Assembly (NCBI GenBank): GCA_965207735.1
Contig: OZ242296.1
Span: 4,384,001-4,448,000, forward strand
Source of the DNA: Candidatus Versatilivorator sp.
GTDB lineage: Bacteria; Acidobacteriota; Terriglobia; Versatilivoradales; Versatilivoraceae
Direction: 5' to 3'
Length of the DNA: 64,000 bases
Part shown: positions 57,211 to 64,000 of the stretch, piece after piece
Layout: every line of letters starts with the position of its first letter
Numbering within the stretch: the stretch's first letter is position 1
Program-made: the position numbers and the translations under genes
Notes under the pieces: generated by a model
What the model was told of the DNA's origin: nothing
The model's input: the letters and a program-made list of their open reading frames with translations, nothing else
Databases searched by the model: none

Positions 57211-58224
57211 GTGAGCTTGACCACTCCTCCTTCAAGATCGGCGGCTCTCGGAGTCATGCTGGCTTTGTGCCTCGGGGTCCTGGCGATCCCGGTTACCTTC
57301 CGGGCCGAGGCCCTCCCCAAGTCTCAGGAGTCCGGCAAACCTCAACTCAAGCGGCGGTCTCGCCTGGAGATCCTGCAAACGCTCATCAAGTCCAGGCGTT
57401 GGGACCAGGCCGAGAGGGTGGCCACCCGACTCCTGGCCGGCTCCCCCGACAATCCGCGGGCTCTTTTCCTGGCTGGAATGGTCCAGTTTAGTCAGGCCCG
57501 CTATGGCCGCGCCATCCCCCTTCTGAAACAGGCCCAGGATCTTCGGTCCGAAATCCCCGGTCTGGCCAAGACTCTGGCCATCTGCTACTTCTCGGCCAGG
57601 CAGCACCGGCTCTTCGAGTCCCAGATGGAGCACGCCTTCCTCCAGACCCCCACCGATCCCGAGCTTTCCTTTTTCTGGGGACTCCACCAGATATCGGTGA
57701 ACGACAATCCCCAGGCCGCCGTCAAAGCCTTCGACAATGCCCTGCGGCTCCGACCCAGCTACGTTCAGGCGCTCTACCACAGAGGCCGGGCCTTCCAGAA
57801 GATGGGTCGCAAGGACAAGGCCCGTAAAGACTTCGAAGCAAGCATTGCCCTCATCGAGCAAACCTTCTTTCGAGGCTACAGCTATCCCTATCAGAGCATG
57901 GCCCGCCTACTGCTGGAAGACTCCCCCAAGGGGGCCCTCCGCTTCGCCCTGAAATCGGTGGAAGTTCAGCCAAGGCTGAAGAACACCCACATTCTGGTGG
58001 GAGAGATTCACTGGCGCCTGGGACAGTTCAAGAAAGCCACCGAGGCTTTCGAGGACGCTACCTACCTGGACCCGGAGGATCCCCGGCTGCACTATTGGCT
58101 GCACCTCCTCTACCAGCGAATGGGGAAAAAGAAAGCCTCGGAAATGGCGCTGGTGGAGTTTCAGCGGTTGAATCCGTCCGAGGGCGACGCACCTCAACCC
58201 TCCACGCCGGTGGCCACCCCCTGA
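57211..58224 (+). CDS. Exported tetratricopeptide repeat protein
   Basis: Signal peptide; repeated TPR-like units (A..AF..AL.L.P....ALYHRG). Confidence 0.82.
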   Translation: MSLTTPPSRSAALGVMLALCLGVLAIPVTFRAEALPKSQESGKPQLKRRSRLEILQTLIKSRRWDQAERVATRLLAGSPDNPRALFLAGMVQFSQARYGRAIPLLKQAQDLRSEIPGLAKTLAICYFSARQHRLFESQMEHAFLQTPTDPELSFFWGLHQISVNDNPQAAVKAFDNALRLRPSYVQALYHRGRAFQKMGRKDKARKDFEASIALIEQTFFRGYSYPYQSMARLLLEDSPKGALRFALKSVEVQPRLKNTHILVGEIHWRLGQFKKATEAFEDATYLDPEDPRLHYWLHLLYQRMGKKKASEMALVEFQRLNPSEGDAPQPSTPVATP

Positions 58225-58259
58225 ATTCCTGAACGGGGCTTTTGCAAAAGGCGCAAGGC

Positions 58260-60170
58260 TCAACCGATTATTCGGAATTCTCCGGCTCGGCGGGTCACAC
58301 GTTCCCGGTCCAGGTGTTCCAGCAGAGGGATGGCGTACTTGCGGGTGACATCGGCCAGTTTCTTGAAGGTAGGAACATCGATTCGGTCTCGCTGCTTCTT
58401 GTACTCCCTCAGCTTTCTCTTGACCTCCTCGATGGAGTCGGTATGGAAGAACAGCGTCTCGTTCACCTTGACCAGCTTCTTTTGGCGAGTCAGCAGGACC
58501 ACCAGCCGCCTGGCCTGTTCCTGGGGGAGGGCGACCTCCCGGATGACCTCCTCGACCGAAGGGACCTGGAGACCCGAGCCACGGAAAGCCTGTTCGATTC
58601 TATCCAGAGCCCAGGCCTCATCCGCGCTCAAGCGAACCCCGGAGCCCTTGAGCCGCACCCGATCCTGGTCCAACTCGACCAGGTCCCGGTCGCACAAGTG
58701 GGCCAATACCGATTTGAACACGGTCTGTGTCAGGCCGGCGAACAGGCTGGAGTGGAGCTGCTCCCTCGGGAGTCCCACCGACAGGGGTTGGCGCTGCTGA
58801 TAGTCCCGGATGAAGGCCAGGGACTGGCGGCAGAGACCATCGAAGCACTCCCGATCCATTACCTGCAAGGGAAGCCGAGCCAGCCGCCACACCCGTCCCT
58901 CTTCAACGAGAAGAGACAAGACCTCGCGGACGGTGGTCCTGGTTAAAGGCAGTTGGGAGAGAATTCGGTCTTCATCGATGACTCCACTGGCCTCTCGACC
59001 GGCCAGTTGTCCGATCATGGTCTTCGGATCTTCCGAATCCATGGACTGCAGGAACTCCAGTCGCCGGTCCAGATCCCGACTTCGACGGCGGCGCGGCGGA
59101 AAGATATCCAGGACCGCTCCCCCTCCGACCGTGATCATGGGCGAGGTCCGGCGCAGGATGAAGGAATCGCCCACCAAGGCCAGCACCGGCTTCTCCAGCT
59201 CCAGGTGCACCATGCCCGTTTGACCCGGGACAAGCATTTTCGGTTGCAGCGGGCGGACTTCTGCCAGGACTTCAGACGTGCCCAGGTGGAACCTCACCCG
59301 GCTGCGATTCCTGAGCGGCACCGGCGAAGACTCCAGCAGCGACAGGCGGCAATCGCAGCGCGAGACGGCCCGGTAGCGGCCGCAGACCGAGAGTTGCACG
59401 CCCCGGTGGACTTCGCCGACGTCCACCCCCTGCAGGTTCAGGGCCGTGCGCTGTCCGGCCTGGGCTCGATCGACCTCCCGGGAATAGACCTGCAGGTGGC
59501 GCACCCGCGACCGCTTCCCGGTCGGATAGAGTTCGACCTCTCCCTCTTTTTGAATCGCGCCGCTCACCAGCGTTCCGGTGACGACCGTTCCGAATCCCCT
59601 GGAGCTGAAGCAGCGATCGACCGGCAACCGAAAGGGGAGATCCGGATTGCGGGGGGGCAAGGCTTCACCCAGCTCGGACAGGGCTTGCCTGATGGGATCC
59701 AGCCCCTCTCGACTGGAGGCGCTGAAGGGAATGACGGGGGCTCCTTCCAGAAAGGAGCCGCGCAAGTAGTCCTGCAGTTCCAACTGAACCAGCTCGACGA
59801 TCTCCCGATCGACCAGATCGCACTTGGTAATCACCACCACCCCTCGCGGGATGGCAAGAAGCCTGCAGATGTCGAAGTGTTCCCGGGTCTGCGGCATGAC
59901 CGACTCATTGGCCGCCACCACCAGCAGCACCGCATCGATTCCTCCAACGCCGGCCAGCATGTTCTTGACGAAGCGTTCGTGGCCGGGAACGTCCACGAAG
60001 CCCACTCTCAACCGGTCGCCGAGCTGCAGGCTGGCAAACCCCAGATCGATGGTGATCCCCCGCTCTTTTTCCTCTTTGAGGCGGTCAGGATCCACACCCG
60101 TCAGGACTTTGATCAGGGTACTTTTGCCATGATCGATATGGCCGGCCGTCCCCACTACAATGTGCTTCAT
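58260..60170 (-). CDS. selB: Selenocysteine-specific translation elongation factor
   Basis: [11 protein letters not shown]; [13 protein letters not shown]; [12 protein letters not shown]; MPQTREH; GFGTVVTGT; C-terminal winged helix [13 protein letters not shown]...TRR. Confidence 0.96.
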   Translation of the reverse strand: MKHIVVGTAGHIDHGKSTLIKVLTGVDPDRLKEEKERGITIDLGFASLQLGDRLRVGFVDVPGHERFVKNMLAGVGGIDAVLLVVAANESVMPQTREHFDICRLLAIPRGVVVITKCDLVDREIVELVQLELQDYLRGSFLEGAPVIPFSASSREGLDPIRQALSELGEALPPRNPDLPFRLPVDRCFSSRGFGTVVTGTLVSGAIQKEGEVELYPTGKRSRVRHLQVYSREVDRAQAGQRTALNLQGVDVGEVHRGVQLSVCGRYRAVSRCDCRLSLLESSPVPLRNRSRVRFHLGTSEVLAEVRPLQPKMLVPGQTGMVHLELEKPVLALVGDSFILRRTSPMITVGGGAVLDIFPPRRRRSRDLDRRLEFLQSMDSEDPKTMIGQLAGREASGVIDEDRILSQLPLTRTTVREVLSLLVEEGRVWRLARLPLQVMDRECFDGLCRQSLAFIRDYQQRQPLSVGLPREQLHSSLFAGLTQTVFKSVLAHLCDRDLVELDQDRVRLKGSGVRLSADEAWALDRIEQAFRGSGLQVPSVEEVIREVALPQEQARRLVVLLTRQKKLVKVNETLFFHTDSIEEVKRKLREYKKQRDRIDVPTFKKLADVTRKYAIPLLEHLDRERVTRRAGEFRIIG

Positions 60171-60202
60171 GGCCCGCTGCAGGACTTAGTGATTTTTTTT
60201 AC

Positions 60203-60230
60203 TTGACAGATAAGAAATATAGTTTACACT
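60203..60230 (+). promoter_or_regulatory. Near-consensus sigma70 promoter
   Basis: TTGACA (60203-60208), 16-nt spacer, TACACT (60225-60230), with a T-tract upstream; points away from selB into a non-coding region. Confidence 0.7.
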
Positions 60231-60236
60231 CAAAGT

Positions 60237-60660
60237 CAACTTAGCTCGGTTTCCAGTGACGCCCATTTAGAAAGCTATTACACCCGCGCTGGGCGTGACA
60301 AGGGAACCCTCTGGTAGCAGAGGTTCCTGAAGGAAAAAGGGCCCCTTTCATTAACGAAGTCAGTCCATCTATTCGCTGTCCTTTCTGGGCAGCCGACCAG
60401 GTATTTTTTTTCACTTCACTGCTTTTAAGCACACCTAGGCTTTCCCCCTCCCGCCAAGTGCGGGAGGGGCGAATCTTTTTCCCCGTCCTCGGGAGGACAC
60501 CCAGCTTCGCCGGCCGAGTAGTGTTCTGTCTCAAAAATAGGGTTGCCATATTTCGGGGCGCAACGGCACCTGTTGGCTGAAACACAACCAACTTCTCCTG
60601 GCGACCGTTCCCCTGTGGAACCTCCGTCGGAGATGGTCACCTTGTTTCTGAGACAGGACG
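60237..60660 (+). ncRNA. Candidate large structured non-coding RNA of unknown family
   Basis: Follows the promoter; multiple nested stems; the 28-position terminal stem has five G.U pairs on the plus strand; no credible ORF. Confidence 0.55.
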
Positions 60661-61536
60661 CTAAACCTGCAGCTGCCTCAGGTATTCCGCAAACCGTCTG
60701 CCCAGATCCTGTCGCTTGAGGGCGAATTCGACGGTCGCTTCCAGAAAACCCAGCTTGTCGCCGGCGTCATAACGTTTTCCCGCAAAACGGAGAGCGTGAA
60801 TGGCCTGACTGTTCAACAGACCCCTCAACCCATGGGTGAGTTGAATCTCACCGCCCCCGTCGGGAGCGGTCCGGTCCAGAACCTCGAAGATTTCCGGTGT
60901 CAGCAGGTAACGGCCGATGACGGCCAGGTTGGAAGGTGCCTGCTCGAAGGGTGGCTTCTCCACCAGGTCAAGCACCTTGAAGACTCCCGACTCGGCGACT
61001 CCCACCGTCGCGCCCGTCTCAATCACGCCGTACTGACTGATGGCGGGACCGTTGACCTCCTGAGTGGCCAGCACCGAGGTCCGATACTCCTCAAAAACGT
61101 CCATCATCTGGCCGATGCAGGGCGTGGGGCCGTCGATGATGTCATCGCCCAGCAGCACCGCAAAGGGCTCATCGCCGACCAGGTCCCGGGCGGCCAGCAC
61201 GGCGTGACCCAGTCCGAGAGCCTGCTTCTGCCGAACGAAGGAGACCGTGGCCAGATTGGAGGACGCCCGAACCTGCTGCAGCAGATCGCCCTTCCCCCGT
61301 TCCTCCAAGGTCTTCTCCAGTTCGAAAGCCACATCGAAATGGTCCTCAATGGCGCCCTTCCCCCTTCCGGTCACGATGATCACCTGGTCGATGCCGGAGG
61401 CCACGGCCTCCTCGACCACGTACTGGATCAAGGGCTTGTCCACCAGGGGAAGCATTTCCTTGGGCTGGGCCTTGGTGGCCGGCAGAAACCGGGTCCCCAG
61501 GCCGGCTGCCGGAATCACTGCCTTGCGAATTCGCAT
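60661..61536 (-). CDS. galU: UTP--glucose-1-phosphate uridylyltransferase
   Basis: KAVIPAAGLGTRFLPATKAQPKEMLPLVDKP; RQKQALGLGHAVL; VEKP; GEIQLT; RYDAGDKLG. Confidence 0.97.
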   Translation of the reverse strand: MRIRKAVIPAAGLGTRFLPATKAQPKEMLPLVDKPLIQYVVEEAVASGIDQVIIVTGRGKGAIEDHFDVAFELEKTLEERGKGDLLQQVRASSNLATVSFVRQKQALGLGHAVLAARDLVGDEPFAVLLGDDIIDGPTPCIGQMMDVFEEYRTSVLATQEVNGPAISQYGVIETGATVGVAESGVFKVLDLVEKPPFEQAPSNLAVIGRYLLTPEIFEVLDRTAPDGGGEIQLTHGLRGLLNSQAIHALRFAGKRYDAGDKLGFLEATVEFALKRQDLGRRFAEYLRQLQV

Positions 61537-61549
61537 GGGTTCCCAACGC

Positions 61550-62965
61550 TCACTTCAGGTGCAAGACCACCATTTTCTGTTCCGTCATCTCATGGATGGC
61601 GTATTTTGGGCCTTCCTTGCCGAATCCACTTTCCTTCAACCCGCCGTAGGGCATCAGATCCGCTCTCCACTGGGGTCCCCAATTGACATGCAGGTTGCCG
61701 GAGTCCACCTCGCGGGCAAACTTCATGGCCCAATCCAGGTTCTCGGTGAAGATCCCCGCGGACAGTCCATAGTGGGTATCGTTGGCGAGCCTGACAGCCT
61801 CATCCACCGACGCGCAGGAACTGAGCGCTACCGCCGGGCCGAACACCTCCTCGCAGGAAATACGCATGGCGGGGTCCACGTCCCCGACCAGAGTCGGCGA
61901 GTGCAAAGTTCCCTGGCGGTCTCCGCCGGCCAGGAGCCGGGCTCCACCTGCAACCGCCTCCTGCACCCAGGACTGCACGCGCTCGGCATCGGACTCTCGG
62001 ATCATGGGCCCCATGCCGATGTCCTGGCTCAGCGGGTTGCCGAAACTCATGGACTTCACCTTGGGGCTCAAGGCTTCGCCAAGCTCTCCATAGATATCAG
62101 AAAGCGCCAGGACCCTCTGCGCGCTGATGCAAACCTGACCGGCGTTGCTGTAGCCGGTGGCCAGAATGGCCTGGCACACCTTCTCCAGGTCGGCGTCGGG
62201 CATGACGATCAGCGGGGCGTTGCTGCCCAGCTCCATGGTGACTTTCTTCAATCCGGCCGTCTTGCAGATGTCCTCCCCCACGTCCCGGCTGCCGGTGAAG
62301 GTGATTTTCCGGACCCTCCGATCGGCGCACAAGGCTCGGCCGATCTCCCCTCCACCCCCGGTGATGCATTGAACGGCCGGCGGCGGGAACCCCGCCTCGA
62401 GCATGATCTCGGTGAGCTTCAACGCGGACAGCGGAGTATCGCTGGCAGGTTTGATGATCACGCTGTTGCCCGCGGCCAGGGCGGGTCCCACCTTGTGGGC
62501 CACCAGGTTGAGCGGGAAATTGAAGGGCGTCACCGCGGCGACCACCCCGCAGGGCACCCGCAGGGTGAACCCCAAGCGGTTGCCAGAGCCGGGAGCGCCC
62601 CCAAGTGGAATCATCTCGCCCGTCACCCGCTTGGCCTCTTCGGCCGAGACCTCCAGAGTCTGGGCGGCCCGCGACGCTTCCACCCGGGCCTCCCCGATGA
62701 TCTTGCCTTCCTCCAGGGTGATGGTCCTGGCCAGGTCCTCGCTGCGCTCTTCAACCAGGCGGGTGGCTCTGGCCAGCAATTCATACCGCTCATAGGCGTC
62801 CATCCGCCTCATGAGGTCCGCCCCCTGCTGAGCGGTTTCCAGCGCGCTGTCCACATCTGCCAAACCGGCCCGAGGCACGGTATCGACCACGCTGTCGTCA
62901 AAGGGATTTCTCACTTCGATCTTTTCCGATCTTTCGACCCATTGGTCCGCCAGGAACATTTTCAT
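61550..62965 (-). CDS. Aldehyde dehydrogenase family protein (lactaldehyde DH/GapN-like)
   Basis: TPFNFPLNL..HKVGPA; KPASDTP; FTGS; ELGSNA; NAGQVCIS; EEVFGP; PYGGLKESG.GKEG. Confidence 0.93.
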   Translation of the reverse strand: MKMFLADQWVERSEKIEVRNPFDDSVVDTVPRAGLADVDSALETAQQGADLMRRMDAYERYELLARATRLVEERSEDLARTITLEEGKIIGEARVEASRAAQTLEVSAEEAKRVTGEMIPLGGAPGSGNRLGFTLRVPCGVVAAVTPFNFPLNLVAHKVGPALAAGNSVIIKPASDTPLSALKLTEIMLEAGFPPPAVQCITGGGGEIGRALCADRRVRKITFTGSRDVGEDICKTAGLKKVTMELGSNAPLIVMPDADLEKVCQAILATGYSNAGQVCISAQRVLALSDIYGELGEALSPKVKSMSFGNPLSQDIGMGPMIRESDAERVQSWVQEAVAGGARLLAGGDRQGTLHSPTLVGDVDPAMRISCEEVFGPAVALSSCASVDEAVRLANDTHYGLSAGIFTENLDWAMKFAREVDSGNLHVNWGPQWRADLMPYGGLKESGFGKEGPKYAIHEMTEQKMVVLHLK

Positions 62966-63004
62966 CTCGAACTCCCTCTCATCTCACCGGTGGAGGCCAT
63001 TCTA

Positions 63005-63057
63005 CACTCTCCACTCTCCACTCTCCACTCATCACTCATCACTCTCCACTCTCCACT
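63005..63057. repeat. Heptamer tandem array (CACTCWY)n
   Basis: CACTCTC x3, CACTCAT x2, CACTCTC x2 in the divergent ALDH/xdhC intergenic region. Confidence 0.85.
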
Positions 63058-63143
63058 GCAGTTTAGTTTATACTGGCATACCTGTCGGCCTGTGAGGGCT
63101 CAGGGCCGCAAAGCAGAACGCCCCGATCGAAGAGGAACCCGGA

Positions 63144-63989
63144 ATGACCACCTCCAGGAACGTCGATATCTACGAAGAAATTACACGCCTGCGCCAACAG
63201 GGGAAACGGGCGGCCCTGGCCACCATTATTCAGATCCGGGGGTCGGTGCCCAGCTTCGAAACCGCCAAGATCCTGGTGCGCGAGGACGGTTCCACCCTGG
63301 GTACGGTCGGGGGCGGCTGCGTGGAAAACGATGTCTGGAAGGCTGCCCGCCAGGTGATGGCGGCGGAAAAACCCAAGCGCCTGCTCTTCGACCTGACCGA
63401 CACCTCCAACCTGGAGGCCGGGCTGATCTGCGGCGGCAAGGTCGAGGTCTTCGTGGAACCTATCCTGGCCACCCCCACGGTCCACATCTTCGGGGCCGGC
63501 CACGTCTCCAAGTTCATCTCCAAGGTGGCGGTACTGGCCGGCTTCAACTCGGTCATCATCGACAATCGTCCCCAGTACGCCAACGCCGAGCGTTTCCCCG
63601 AGGCCACTCGGATCTACTCGGAGAGCTTCGAGGCGGCCTTTGAGGACATCCATCCCAACGAGTTTTCCTACATCGTGATCGTCACCCGCGGCCATCAGGA
63701 AGACCAGACCGTCCTCGGCTGGGCCGCCCGCACTCGCGCGCGCTACATCGGCATGATCGGAAGCAAGGTCAAGAAGAGAACGTTGTTTCAGAATTTGCGG
63801 GAGGAGGGCATTCCCCAGGAAGCGCTGGATCGGGTCCAATCCCCCATGGGGGTTGAAATCAACGCCATTCTACCCGAGGAAATCGCCGTGAGCGTGGTGG
63901 CTCAGATGATCGAGTACAGGCGCTCCAAGCCGGGCAGTCGGTCGTCTCGCGCCCCGGTGCGGGCTGCCGTAGTTGGCGCGGGCGGCTGA
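63144..63989 (+). CDS. xdhC: XdhC/CoxI family molybdoenzyme maturation factor
   Basis: ALATII..RGSVP; GTVGGGCVE; GLICGG; FGAGHV; VTRGH; YIGMIGSK; PEEIAVSVVAQ. Confidence 0.9.
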   Translation: MTTSRNVDIYEEITRLRQQGKRAALATIIQIRGSVPSFETAKILVREDGSTLGTVGGGCVENDVWKAARQVMAAEKPKRLLFDLTDTSNLEAGLICGGKVEVFVEPILATPTVHIFGAGHVSKFISKVAVLAGFNSVIIDNRPQYANAERFPEATRIYSESFEAAFEDIHPNEFSYIVIVTRGHQEDQTVLGWAARTRARYIGMIGSKVKKRTLFQNLREEGIPQEALDRVQSPMGVEINAILPEEIAVSVVAQMIEYRRSKPGSRSSRAPVRAAVVGAGG

Positions 63990-64000
63990 AGCGCGTCCCC

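Noticed and set aside
58239-58252. CTTTTGCAAAAG palindrome resembling the IS end, between the convergent TPR gene and selB
   Set aside because: Only a 13-bp match with no partner end or duplication; could be chance or a weak terminator element.
60241-60640. Short ORFs 60241..60591 and 60425..60640 (-)
   Set aside because: No recognisable protein features or RBS; better explained as non-coding structured sequence.
60237-60660. tRNA-Sec (selC), tmRNA or RNase P RNA next to selB
   Set aside because: No TTCAAA anticodon loop or GGTTCGA T-arm, no tmRNA tRNA-like ends and no GAGGAAAGTCC RNase P motif on either strand by eye.

Overview
GC-rich bacterial chromosomal window. The gene content (DUF1549/DUF1553-DUF1501 modules, Tat-exported Gfo/Idh/MocA enzymes, FG-GAP and TPR proteins) suggests an Acidobacteriota/Planctomycetota-like heterotroph, but the taxonomy is inference only. 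Most of the window is catabolic and transport genes: a hydantoinase/oxoprolinase pair whose A subunit is split by a complete DDE insertion sequence, oxidoreductases, an iolD-iolE-iolG inositol cluster, and ABC/MFS/SSS transporters. selB, galU and xdhC lie near the right end. The most notable signal is non-coding: about 420 nt between selB and galU carries a near-consensus sigma70 promoter and nested stems with plus-strand G.U bias, which I read as a candidate undescribed large structured RNA. Also notable are a ~2 kb degenerate P4-type integrative element that splits a REP-like repeat and carries two diverged copies of a ~165-nt fold-back element, several dispersed repeat families, two antitoxins that have lost their toxins, and an islet with two TlpA-domain paralogues next to a tyrosine-recombinase remnant. 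No rRNA, tRNA or CRISPR array was recognised. All product calls come from motif recognition by eye; no database searches were run.
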